Positions 47,701 through 61,641 of a DNA stretch of 64,000 bases are shown piece after piece. The notes below the pieces were generated by a model that saw only the letters and a list, made by a program, of their open reading frames with translations, had not been told where the DNA came from and did not search any database. Position numbers and translations under genes: made by a program. The DNA lies in assembly GCF_009914755.1 (NCBI RefSeq), contig NC_060930.1; one strand, written 5' to 3'. Every line of letters begins with the position of its first letter. Position 1 is the first letter of the stretch. This DNA comes from the human T2T-CHM13v2.0 reference genome, Homo sapiens.

Positions 47701-50539
47701 TGTTTTTTAAATAATATTAAACATTTATTTTATATTTGCTTTTTAGTAGTGCCAATGTTTTCAATTTTACAAAATTGCTTCATTTGGAGTTGTTTCTGTT
47801 GAATCTTGAACATGGTATCATACTTCCTCATAATAAAAGCCCATGTTCCTTGGAAGATTGATAAGGGGAAAAAATTGAGACTGATTTTAAGGTATATTCC
47901 TCTAGAATGTTGGAATTTGCTTCTGCTAGTTGTCTGGCATGCTGTCAACCTGGAAACATGGTTATTAATATCTTCTACATGAAGGGTTTAAGAATGAGAT
48001 TGGGATCATGATTTCAATTTTAAAACTACATGAAGTATAGCCTGTGCCTAAGAATTCTGAGAGAGTATCCAGCAACAAAACTAAGTTGATCAAGTTACCT
48101 TATTATCTTTATTTTTTATTTTTTGGTGACGGTTGTGTTCTAATTCACCTTTTCACTGAACATGTGGTTCTTTTTTTTTTTATACATGAACATTTTTATG
48201 GCTCACTGTAACATACTTTTCAACTAAATTATATTTATAAATCAGAATTGATCTTTCAATTCCTATAAAGCTCTCAATGTTAACAAAATTCCCTTATATT
48301 GAATTACTATACAATTATTAATAGTACCCAATTGATTAAAGCATGAAAAATAAATTTTACTGGAAATATATTCCTTAATGAGATGGATGGGGCTTTTAAA
48401 AATTAATTCATGTACTTGTAAATGAATATGAGTTATTGCTAGAATAAAGCAATGTTCAAGGGAAATTAACAGCAAATGAAGAGTATATGGGTCACGAATA
48501 AATTCAAGACTTACAAAATGTGAATTAATGATTGTTGTTAAGTTCATTATTTATAGTAGAATCCTCAACATATTCCAACTAGATTAATATAAAACCAATA
48601 AATATATGAACTGCATAAATAATTAAGCACACAATTCGTTGAGTAGGGATAGTGAGCAGATTTTCTCCCAAGGAAAAGATGGATAAGAATTTTTCAGTGT
48701 CCAGTAATCTATTGCCAAAGTTTAATAAAAATGTCCCTCTCCTACACCTGAATAAATGCATAAATTAAAGGTATAAATTTGATATGTCAGAAGAAAAAAA
48801 ACAAATTATTTATCTTCTATTTGAAATCGGGCAAAGTAAGCAGTTGAGAGTTCTTTGATTACAGAGATTATGCAAATATAATCATTTTGGATTACCCTTT
48901 TAAAATATTGGCTTTGGATCTTTTATTTCTTTTTTTCTTCCATTTTTTATTTTCTTTTTTTTTTTTAACATCTCAGAAGTTTTGTTTACACCCTTGGACA
49001 ATGTAATGCAATACCATTCAGATGAGTTAAAAGTTTTTGATGTTCTTTATTCTTTGTTTGAAAGTGAGAGAACTGTATTGGGAAAAGACACGATGTATTG
49101 AACTTCAGAAAAATGTAATTTTCACAAAGCAGGAAATATGGAGGCAGATATTTGATTCAATAAATCTGAGAAAATTACATGGATTTGACCTTGCTGGCAC
49201 TTACTTTTAATTCAAGAACTAAAAGAGTATTTAAATGATATAAGCTTCATACTGTCACAGACCAATTGAACTTTGTAGTTCTGATAAGACCTTATATTGG
49301 GTAAACGATATCACCCAAAGTTGTATATATTTCCTTTAGAATCTTGAGGTTAGAGGGAAATGGGACCTATTTATGCTGAATCTGTCTCTGGACAATGACA
49401 CCTCTCTGCTTCTGATAAAATGATATATCCCTACATCGATCAGTTAGGAAAGAACACTCGTGTTTTAAAAACATATGTGTTGGCAGGGCATAGGTCATGG
49501 CATGTTCTCTTCTCCCAGTCATTGCCCATCTGATAAGATTCAGGAGCCAACAGCCATTCCTGAGCAATGGAGTGTGTTGATTAAAATGGCATGCTAGAAA
49601 TACTATGGAAACAGATTGCAGGCTGCATTGAACAATCAGAGAAATTAAAGTTAGGAAAATAAATAAGGAATTTGTTATCATGGAGCATGTACTTTGACTA
49701 AGAGTAGGCGGTGAGAATTAAAAAGATATTGTGAATAAAATGCATTAGAATTAATCATGAGTTGTCTTTGCCAAACAAAGGAAAATGAGGAGGAAAATCC
49801 TAAGAGAAAAGACCAAGAAACTACATCTCCTAGAATATACGTAGAAAAAAAGCCAAAAAAAGAATAAGGGGCTAGTGAAAGAGATGAGGGGAAATCACAT
49901 TTCAACCATATATAAACTCATTAATAAATTCAAGAAATACTTAATAAATGCCTATTTCATACCAGACACATATCTCTAGATAGAAGTTAGAGTCATGTTT
50001 AAAAAATAAAATGAAAAATGTCTTACTTTTATTATGCTTACATCATGGTTGAAGGAACAGATAATCATGTATAAGTCAGGTGGTGACGAATGTAGCCACA
50101 TAGGTGAGATGGTGATAAGAAAATGCAGTATAAATGTTTAAAAAATTAAGACAGTTTCCTTAAACTCTTCAACTTATTTTAAAATAATTTGGTTTAAAAC
50201 TCTAGAACTGGTTTAAAATTGAGAAAGATCAAAGGCAATTAAGAATTGTAATTTTAAAATAAATTAACATGTAAAATAAGCCTCCTGACAATACTGCTTC
50301 AGGCTATGGATGAAGCCCTCCATTATATCTGCTTCTTTGGGCCACTAATCTCAATATTATGTTTTGGAAATTTGTTTATCCTCTTTAGCTTGTTCTAGTG
50401 TCCTCAATCATCTTGAGCCTGGTGCCTCAGAGTTTTGATTTTCATATCCTATCTGTGATCCAGACCATCTTCATTTTCCTTTATATCTCGGCTACTGTGA
50501 ATTTGCCAATCTAAGGAAAAGTCAGGAAACGCAATTCCC

Positions 50540-50705
50540 TGCAAATTTTTGCCACTTATGCATCTGTAACCTTGGACAAATCCTTTAAACCCTATGAATC
50601 TGTTTTATCTACCATAAAAGGGGGATAATAATATGTAACAACAGCTATTGAAATAATTAAATGAGAACCTATATTGTAAAGTGTTTTGTAAACTGCAAAA
50701 TTCAA
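50540..50705 (+). mobile_element. MIR fragment
   Basis: gccacttatgcatctgtaaccttggacaaatcctttaaaccctatgaatctgtttt...taaaagggggataataata. Confidence 0.7.
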
Positions 50706-53229
50706 CGTAAATAACAAATATTGTTATGTTTCACTATATTACCTCACAGTGGCTTGCAAGCTATTTTTAACATTAATGCAATTTTTCTTTTCTTCACCAC
50801 ATCTTCAGTCTCCTGCTTTCTTTTAAATTCCTTAACATTGCACATTATAGGAGATATAGTGATACCTATATCCATAGATATTTTATATTAACATTTTACT
50901 CTAATAACTTCTTTTTAAAACGTCTGTCTTGTAACAGAAAATTTGAAGTTCCTATTCTCTCCTACCAAACTCCTTCTACCTCATAGAGATCCAAAAATCT
51001 ATTCACAGCCGCAGACCACTCTCCTTGCATGCATATATGATTTCAAATGCTGCTGAACTATAAGTGGCTGACTTTGCAGTCTTATTATTTGTGCAAGTTT
51101 TAAGTATCTTCTTCACATTCTTTCCACCAAGAGCACATGGCTTTGCATGGTCTATTCAGGAAATACTCATAATTATTCCACTGAGCTCTAGTGATGATGA
51201 ATGTGTGTGTTATTGGAGATAAATTGTGCAATCTGCAAGGAAAACAAAGATGAGTTTTTGCTTGGATATTTTCACTCATTTTGTCATGGAGGCAGATGCT
51301 TTACCCCACACAGAAGTAAGGTATTGCTTCAGGGAGAGGAATGCTAAGAGCATCACATGATTTGCCACTTCTTTGTGTGTTTCATGGCTGATTAGCATGT
51401 CTTCCACAAACTTTTCTGATGTATGGATGTAACTATTTTCCATACAAGGATATAAGAATAAGGTAATGAATGCAAAGTGTTTTTTTTTTTTACCAAAAGC
51501 AAAAACTAAATTAAGTCTGAAAATTGCATGATATAAAATATAAGTATTTTAATACCTCTTGATTAAATATTAGAGGTTGCTTTCTTTTGTGTTCTGATAA
51601 AATACATGTTTAGTCAAAGGCAAGAGCTCAAGTAATAGCAGCTGACAATAAAAGGTTTTTATTTTTTTGTTTGTTTTCACTTGTCTGTGTTTTTTTGTGT
51701 TTTTTTAAACTTCTCCTTTGCTGATCATTACCCTCAAAACTAATAGACAAAATCATAAAAGCCTCTTTCTTCTAAGTTTACAGTGGAATGAAATAGTAGA
51801 AAATAGTTCCCAGGAAGCTAGAATTACTACTGTCAAAGAAAACCACATGCCCAATTACCAGTCTTTCATATATCTGAACACAAGTAAATATGAAGTGTGA
51901 CCTGTATTCATTTGTTCATCAGAGCTGAAAATATACTAGGATTTTATTTTCCATGAGAAAATAGTTCTTTATGAGAAAAAGAATGTAACAGCTTTAATGT
52001 GGGTTTGCTACTGCCATTGTTGTCCTGCTAAATCTTTATATTTTTCTTTTGAAACAGAAAGAAACCATCACATCACAAAAGCAAGGACAAGCTTTTATAC
52101 AAGCTTGAGGTCTGACTCAGTAGAATGCTACACCCAGTAACAAAAGGTCTGTGTACACTGGATCTGCAGGTTCATAAGAAGGAAAAAGGAAAAAAATAAG
52201 TATGCCATCTCTTTTGAAAATTATTCATTGGATCCAAACAGTGTCTTCATAAACCAAGAATACATTCAGGCACAATGTAATAATGCCTAATCTTCACAAC
52301 TTGTTTCAGTTTATAAAAAAGACTGCAATCCCATTTTGTTCCTGAAACTTCCAAAATCCATTAAACTACTTTATTTTAATACTCACCAGCCACCCACCTA
52401 AATGATGTCAGTTAATCCCAGTTATAATATGCAGGATGGTTTGAGGGGAAGTAGAGAGACAATTTTGAACTAAATGATACTTTATGTTAAAAGCCCAGTA
52501 TGATTATCTTTTTATAAGAATCCTGAAATAAGACAACAAATAATTTTCCTCAGCAAGCCCCTCTACATATTCCTTTATTTTCCTTTGGGATCTCTTTTGG
52601 TAGTTCAAATGAAAGAAAATAGGGTATCTTTGAGGGTGCATGAAGATGATGTAGAGGAAGGAAATAATGATGAGGAAGAAACAGTGACACATCCACAGAG
52701 TTATTGGCCTTCGCCAGCCAGCATTCTTTGCCCAGGGATCCTGTGGAGGTGTTCGGGCTATTTCTAGGAACCCTCAGGTGATTCCCTGTGGACTGTTGAA
52801 GCCCTGCTCTGATAAAGTAATGGTGGTTGTGAGTCACAGAGATGCCATTGCCAATTCCCTTTCTGGGTTTCATCTTTTACTTTTGACCTTAAAATTAATC
52901 CTCAGAGAGCTAATATTAGTATTGACAAATGAAGCATAATGAGCCCTGAAAGAGCAGAGTCACTACCAGTTCATTCATTAAGCAGTTGTGGCCTCTCTTT
53001 TAAATTAGAAGATTTTCTTACTTCCTAAAAGAACTCATAGATGATTTAAGTTTTTGTTGGTTTTTTTCTTTGTTTGTTTGCATACACGCAGAAAAAAAAG
53101 CCGCCTTCGGCTCTTGGGTGCAGTGTGCTAGAAGATATTTCTTTGAAACCCGGGGACAATGAATACAGACATTTTGTATGGTAGAAGAATCAAAGCATAA
53201 ATGTTCCATTAAGAAACCTACAATAAACA

Positions 53230-53466
53230 TTCTGATTCTACTCTTCTATTTATTTTGAAATATACGATAAATTATTGTTAACTATAGTCCCATTATTTTG
53301 CTACTGAACACTCAGTATTATTCCTAACACAAAACAATGATAAATGTTTGAGGTGGTGGATATCCCAAGTGCCCTGATTTGACCATGACACTTTACATAC
53401 CTGTATCAAAATTTCACATATACTCCATAAATAAGTATGATTATTACATATCCATTAAAATTAGAA
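53230..53466. mobile_element. Short L1MA 3'UTR insertion with 5' inversion
   Basis: 53230-53325 antisense and 53326-53466 sense pieces of adjacent L1MA 3'UTR. The 19-bp TSD (53211-53229 / 53467-53485) has 2 mismatches. Confidence 0.82.
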
Positions 53467-54529
53467 AAGAAACCTGCAACAAACACTTTTTGTGTGAACA
53501 GAAATGTCCCATAATATAGGGGAAAATGTTTGTTCTTTTTATTTTTCACTTATGTATCATTGCTCAGTTTCTCCCAAAATCGATTTAGGTCAATTTGTAA
53601 AAAGACCCAAATGGTGTGGAACATTTCATGAGTTCCCTGGAAACAGATTCTGAGATGAATATTCATGTGAAAGTGATATATTAGAATGTGTTCTCAAGAT
53701 CAAACAAGAGGAAAGAAGGGAGATGGATCTTATAAGGCCCCAAATAGTAAGGCCATATAAGAGAGTTGTGTCAAGCAAAGTCTGTAAGTGTGTACAGCTG
53801 TCTATTCCATGTGTATTCAAACTACCTCTGATTCTCTTTCCTAATGGTGTTAAAAAGAGGACATAGTTGTAGATCAATTTGCATACTAAGTGCCAGAGGT
53901 CATGTTGATCTTTTCTAGTAAAAACACACATCTGAAACAGCAGTGTGAGTAAATGGCCATAGAATGCTTTGGGGAAAGATCGGAGGAATTGCTGCCATAT
54001 ACATTTGCTCTTGTGTTATAGTGGCCTTCCTAATGCACATTCACCCTCTCCTTTAATGTATGAACTCTGTTTCTTGGAACTACCTAGGGGTTGCTGCCCC
54101 TTGTTGGTATTACAGTAATTTTGTGTCCCTTTTCTTTAATGGTTTATTGCTACCACTTAGCCTCTGCTATTCTGAAACCTTATTATAATCATTATCACTA
54201 GGGAGCCCAGTTCCATAAATGCAACCTCTGTCATTAACCCTAATATATAAGAACAGCTCACACTGGACATCTTTGCAATGACCATGCCCTCACCATCAAA
54301 GTCTTCTTATAACTTTAGTGAAGGTAGTATCCGCTGAGCCTTATTAGAGAAAAAAGACAACTGAGAGAGGAGATTGAGGTTATTGGGTCTTTCATAACTG
54401 ATTCTTCTAGATTACTCACCTCTCTTATGCCACCTTTATATCCTCTCCACAACACTCTGATAGGGCATTTCTGGCACAACTCCTTCACTTAATATAAGCC
54501 ATCAGTTTTTCCAAGCTTTGAAAAGTCTA

Positions 54530-54804
<275 letters not shown>

Positions 54805-55445
54805 TCAGCAAGTCTTCCATGCAAAAGTCACAGGGAATAAGTAGGACTCTGAGACTTGAAATAGAATGAATCTGGATAGATTCACTGAAGAACATTGAGC
54901 CCTCTTGATGGGCTAGAATAACTGGCTGTAGGATAGCATCATTCCTATTTTGAGAATCATGCAAAAGACTCAACTGTGGCAGATGCCTTGCAAGCTGATA
55001 ATTCCCTTTCTCAAGAGCTGGCATCTGCTCCTCCTGGCTATTAATCTAATAACTAGGTAAAGTTTTGCAAAAGTGAGTTGGAAATGATAGGTCTTGCTAA
55101 AGGAATAAAGGAATTATTGTTTGAAAGAGCTATATGTCCTGATATGTGATAAAAAGAATAAGATAATGTCTGAGAATGGCTCTTAAGAGCCATTTAACTT
55201 ATAGAGGAGTAGGGAAATAGGAAAGTGGGCATGAATGATTGCATTGTCAAACAAAGTTCCACTAGAGTTAAATTGGGCTCAGTCTGAGATAGGACCTGTG
55301 GAAACAGTGAGGATTTCATCTCTAAATTGTCTTCTCCTACACTATACCCTTAAGTATTGGCTAAAAGTCTAGGAACATGTAAATTTCCAGGCAAACTTGG
55401 TTCTCTGTTGGCCAAGGTAAAGTGGTTTCTAGCAGCCTGACAGAA

Positions 55446-55503
55446 ATGTTTTTTTAAATGAAAACACCATTAGATGATGTTTTTTTTAAATGAAATCACC
55501 ATT
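55446..55503 (+). repeat. Short tandem duplication atgtttttttt(t)aaatgaaa.caccatt
   Basis: Two adjacent copies visible directly. Confidence 0.8.
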
Positions 55504-56479
55504 GTGCATTGTGCATAAAAATATAGGAATTCAAGGGTCCATGTGCAAAGCACTGAAGAGCACTGACAGTGTCTGCCACAGAACCATTTTTATTCTGCTT
55601 CATGGTTCATGTAGAAAATTACCCTTGCATTCAGAATAAGGTAAATTTCCATTACGTGTTGCAAGGAATGATCACAGGAATAATAAATACACTGTCAATT
55701 GGTTCCATAGGTGATATTAATAGTTTTTATCTATTTTCAATAGAATATGAATGTATGTAGTTGTTTTTATGGGTATACATTAAAATTAAGGCACTCCTGA
55801 TTTAGAAGCAAAGTGTCAGTGGTGATTAGGACAAAAGGTAGATCATGGTATACAAACTTTGCCTTGTAGTAGATTATTGTGTTCTTCAATGTGAAGCCTT
55901 ACCATACAATTATGGCCACCTTAATTCTGAGCATTAAACTACTTAGTAACTGACTTTCTGAGAAAACTAGATGAGGAATGAGGGTAGGTAATGCCAGGGG
56001 ACGTTCCTTCAGGAGAAATTTTAAAAGGTAAATAAATAATTAGAAGAAACAAGGGCCTATAAAAAAAAAACTACTTCTTGTTAAATACTCAACAAAATAC
56101 ACATTTAGTAGAAAATTAAAATATTCTTTCAATGAGGTATAAACATTTTTGTAAACTTCCTGAAATTACACCTAATCACTATTCTTTTGATAGACAATAT
56201 AATAAGCATACATTTTCTAAAATTACATTATAGGTCCATTTATTTTATTTTATTTCCAACTATAAATTTTATTTTGATCAGCTTATTTTAGACATAAAAT
56301 TAACTTAAACTCATGAAAGGGCAAAAGGAGAAAAATACAAATGGAATAAAAAGTTGTGGTAAAGAGAGGAAAGTTGTTAAATCCATAGGAAAAATAAAAT
56401 GCTCTAGTTATTATGTAAGTAAGAACAGTTAATTTTAAACAACAAATATTAGTACAGATTAGATCATTGTAAAGCAATT

Positions 56480-57092
<613 letters not shown>

Positions 57093-58399
57093 TAAATGAT
57101 TCCCTAAGTCTGGATATTCTATCTTATTTACATCCCAATATGTATTGTAACACTACAAAAATACATAAAGTCTTTCTAGGAGAGGCATTAGTACCTCAAA
57201 AGGAAATCTATTAGTGTCAGAAAAATTGGAGTCTCAGTGAAAATAACCCATTGTTTTCCAGTTCCGTCTTATAAGAACCCAAATAATTACTGGTTTTGAA
57301 CAACATTTTATATCTCTGGACCCTAAATGAAATACTAGAGAAGATGATCTCTAAAATCTCATTAATTGCAATATTTTGTGATTATTTGCTTTATGGCCTT
57401 GATAAGATCTGCTATCTGCCTGTGTGACTGATACAAAGTCTAAGCTCCAAGGCAGGATGCAAACTACAAGAACTCCAATCCCTTTTCCATCTATGTCATT
57501 ACCTCAATTTCACTTTAGCTAATCATAAGTGTGTGTATATATATATCAACGACTCAGTGGTGATTGGCCTCATGCTGAAGACAAGATTGCAATTCAGCAG
57601 AATAACACAGGCAAGTTGGCAAGAGTGAGCAAGTTGCCACTCGATACAAATGTGATGAGATGTACGGGTAAGTTATGAAAATTGGTTCTGCTGACATCTG
57701 CAGAAGAAATCATATTAAGGATAGGTGATGCTGAACATGGCACTATGCTAACAGAATTTCTGGTGTACTTTCAATTCCTCTGGGGAGTAGACCTGACTAA
57801 ATATGTTTGAGATTAAGTGCAAAGATAAACTGTACGTGATTGTGAAGGGCTGTTCTATACTCTGAACACCCTGTGAATAACCTGCTCCCCAACTCTGTCA
57901 CCAACAGAATTCAATTTTTATGTTCCTTTTCCCCCTTCAACTAGGGTATGGCTTGAAGGGTGTCGGAAAGCCTCTTTCTCAAACTATCTCTCTCAGTAGC
58001 TAATAAAATATCTCACACGACACCATTAGTTTATTTCTCAACGTTTTCTGGACAGATGGCATATTGTATCATTTTGTAGCTTTTGGTGTATTAGTGGAGA
58101 AAGGAGTGCGTATTCTCAACATATAGCATATTAGTGAGGATTTTCTTCTTTTATCTTTGTCCCCAAAAATATGGTGGTGCCCTGCTGACTATTAAATAAA
58201 CTAAAATTATTCTAGCTTCCCTTAATCTAAGTTTAACTCCACTTTTCCAGTTTATATCCCATCACCTTCCATATCCAACCATCTTCCTATATTTATTAAT
58301 TCTTGATTTGAGTCAGACATAGACATGAGATTACAATTTACATTCTAAAATACATATATTCTTCTTTTACATAGAGAGGTTTGCTCAAATGATTCACTT

Positions 58400-60950
58400 A
58401 CAGTAGAGCATGTTAGGCAGTATTAATTATTATCAAGAAAAATAAACCCCAAAAGGGAAAAAGAAAGTGAAGGGTTATATTTATTAGAGTGATAAGAGAA
58501 AAATATTGGAGTAAATGGTGTTTGAGTAAAAAATTGAGATTTGTGAAGTAGTGAGTCGTATGTTTATTCTGGAGTACATTCCAGGCAGAATTAGCTCAAA
58601 TTGGAAAGGCTCTGAGGTGAGAACCAGCCTTCTGTGTTTACAGTTTGAGATGGAGTGGACACAAGGGAGAAAGTTTGGAGATCAGGTCAGAGAGATGATG
58701 GACCAGATAACAAAGGACCTTGAAGGACATTGTAAATAACTTACTTTTGCTCCAAAGGAGATGGGAAACCTTGGAGAGTTTTAAACCAGAGAAGGATGTA
58801 ATCTGATTCAAATTATAACAAGATCGTTCTGGCCATTGTGCTAGTAATTGACCTACAAGGGAAAGGGCAGATGGCAGAGAAGTTGGGAGGATATTGCTAT
58901 AATCCAAGTGAGAGATAATGGTGGCATGGAGAGCAGAGTTATTGATAACTGGTCTTATTGTGCATAGACTTTGAAGCTAAACCCAAAAGTTTTCTGTCGT
59001 ACTAGATATAATTTGTAAATAAAGAGAATAGTGAAGGACGAGAACTTGGCCTAAACAACCTGAACAAAGTTTCCATTAACTAACATGAAGACAATAAGTA
59101 CAATAGGCAGGGAGGGAGATATCTGGTGCTCAGTTTTGAATAAGTTACATTTGAGATGCCTATTATATCCTCCATATTAAAGTGTAGAATAAGGGTGAAA
59201 TGAAAGACTATAATTCAGCATAGAAATCTAGGCTACAGCTATGAATTTGTGAGCTGTGACTTCATAAATGACATTCAAAGCCATAGATTGAATGAGATCA
59301 CCAAAAGAATGACTATATGGGTGAAGCAAAAAGTGTTGACATAAAGACAAAGCTGATGACAAATCAACAAGATTAGGAATAATTAATTACTGCTTAATTT
59401 AACAACATGGAAATCGTCAGTAACATTATTAAACAGTTTTGATGCAGTAGTGGGGTCCAAGTCTGATTTTAGTAGGTTGAAAATTAGAGGATTGAGTCTA
59501 GAGAAGGCAAGTACACATAAAATATTCCAGGAGTTCTGCTGGAAAAGAAATACATGGACTAAGGAGATTTGAGATGAGGAAAGGAGATGTGTTTTGTTTT
59601 TATTTTTCTTAAAGATGGGGCAAATAGTGTATTTTCATACTAAATTAGGATTATTCATTATAGAGGTAAAAGTTGATAATGCAGGAGAGAGAGGAAAGAA
59701 TTAAAGGAACAATGTCTTCAAGAGGAGAAAATACATAGGGTCTTGTAAATAAGTGAAGAGTTTGGCCATGACTGGGACTGCAAACATTTAATTCATAGTA
59801 ATGAAAAAAAGCAGAATTTACAAGATGAAATTGAGGTACACAGGTAGATGTGGTAGTTCTTGTAGCATGTGGGAAATAACTTCTCTGTTTTCTCAATACA
59901 AGGGCAAACATATTTCTATAAGGGCTAGTGGTAATTTGAGATCTGAGGCATGAGTAGGGCATATGCAGTAAGAGGAGAAAGAAAGTAAATCAAATGTAGT
60001 CTAATGCTTGGTAGCATTAATGGTCCATGTGGCATGACTGCTTATGAATTTAGAGTCAGGTCAATCAGTATTGCTGTATGTTCCCACCCTCTTATTTCAG
60101 AATAATTTTGGTTTTTCCAAGCAAGTACAAGAAAATGGGAGAGAGAAAAGTAAACAATAGAATAGAGGAGTATGATTATAATGAATAACCATGAAATTTA
60201 AGCTGGAATAGTAAGGTAAATTAAGAACTGGAGGGAAGGAAGGATAATGATAGGAACCATGATAGGTAGGGCTTAGAGAAAGAGAAGGATTGCTGTTCTG
60301 GGATTTCAAAAGGGCATGAGATTAAAAAATTGCAGCTGCTAGATGAAGAGTGGAAAACATAAATTCAAACTATGAAGAGCTTGCAATTACTGGAAGTGAT
60401 TATATTTAAGGAGTGACCAAGGAATAATTAGCTGAGCGAAGGTGAAGAAGATGCTTTTTGGAGAAGAGAGTTGAAAGAGTGAGGGCCTGGCATATCAGAA
60501 ATGTCACTTTGTAGATATTAATCACTAAGAATTACAACAGCAATTTGAAAGAAGAGAGAGACAGTGACCAGGAGCAAAGAAATCGGGGGGAGTGACTTTG
60601 GACTTAAGATCTTAATACAACAAAGCAGAGTAGTTTCAGAATAGTCTGATGACATGAAAAAAGCTGGGTATAGATAGAAAAGAGCAAAAGGATGGTGGGA
60701 AGGAAGCAATAAAGAAAACAGGAAGGGGATTCACCTGCCTCCAGGCCAAAGGGTGCAAGATAGAAGAAGAAAACTATCTCTTTTTGAGAGGACTCTAGAG
60801 AAAGCAGTGTCCATTGGGAAGAGTCAGGTCTCCCATAAAAGAAATAGGGTAAAGGGATCATACAGAGAGGAGGTGGTGCATAGGAGGGGTTTTATTGATA
60901 AATGACAGTGATTTCCAGAAAATAAGAAGTAGAGCTTCATGAGTTGTGAA
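58400..60950 (-). mobile_element. Long degenerate L2 LINE
   Basis: Purine-rich antisense L2 sequence: attccaggcagaa, gaaggacattgtaa, taatccaagtgagagataatggtggc, gaatgagatcacc. Confidence 0.75.
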
Positions 60951-61168
60951 GAGATAGAGGAAAGGGTCATAAAAGGGATACAGGGAGTCAAATGGGCATT
61001 AAAGTCCCCATAGACAATGGAGTGACTGGGAAGATCTTGGTTTGTTCATATTTATATTCGCCATAAAATAAGTCTTAATATTTTGTAGTAATTTGTAATA
61101 ATAGAGGTATCAGATACTTTTCCCTTAGTCTTTCCCTTTATTTTATTTTTTAAAGAACCTGAAACCCA

Positions 61169-61322
61169 TCAATTTTAACATACATATCATTCTGGTGGAG
61201 GATGTTAATAATAGGAGAGGCTATGCATGTGTGGGGCAGGCTATATTTGGGAAATCTCTGTACATTTTACTCAATATTGCTATGAGCTGAACTTCTCTAA
61301 AAACTTTTTGCATTAAAAATAA
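61169..61322 (+). mobile_element. Short L1MC-like 3' end with preserved TSD
   Basis: attctggtggaggatgttaataataggagaggctatgcatgtgtggggcagg, with TSD AAAGAACCTGAAACCCA (61152-61168) / AAAGAACCTGAAGCCCA (61323-61339). Confidence 0.78.
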
Positions 61323-61641
61323 AAAGAACCTGAAGCCCAGAGAGAGATGCAATGCCTTGTTTGGCATTTTTCAGGTGCAAATCAATGAAACAGTGTGTCT
61401 TTTATGGGAAAATTCCTCTTACCACCATTCATGTAACCAAAATTAATTGGTGGCATGTAATTATCATAGAAATATATTTGTCCCCACTTATGTTGATCAC
61501 ACCCCTTCTTGTATTACAGTTATTGATGCTATATTTTACATGACAGAGGATAAGTTTATTGATAAGAGAATTATACCTATTTTATCTCTGAAAGATTATG
61601 GCATTTGATCAAATGTCTTGTTAATTCTTTCAAGAGATGCA

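Noticed and set aside
52504-52873. Overlapping ORFs including an acidic stretch (EDDVEEGNNDEEE)
   Set aside because: No recognisable protein and no convincing splice-site pair. Purine-rich low complexity explains the peptide.
57560-57673. Strong donor GG|GTAAGT at 57668 suggesting an exon
   Set aside because: No good polypyrimidine acceptor upstream and no recognisable peptide.
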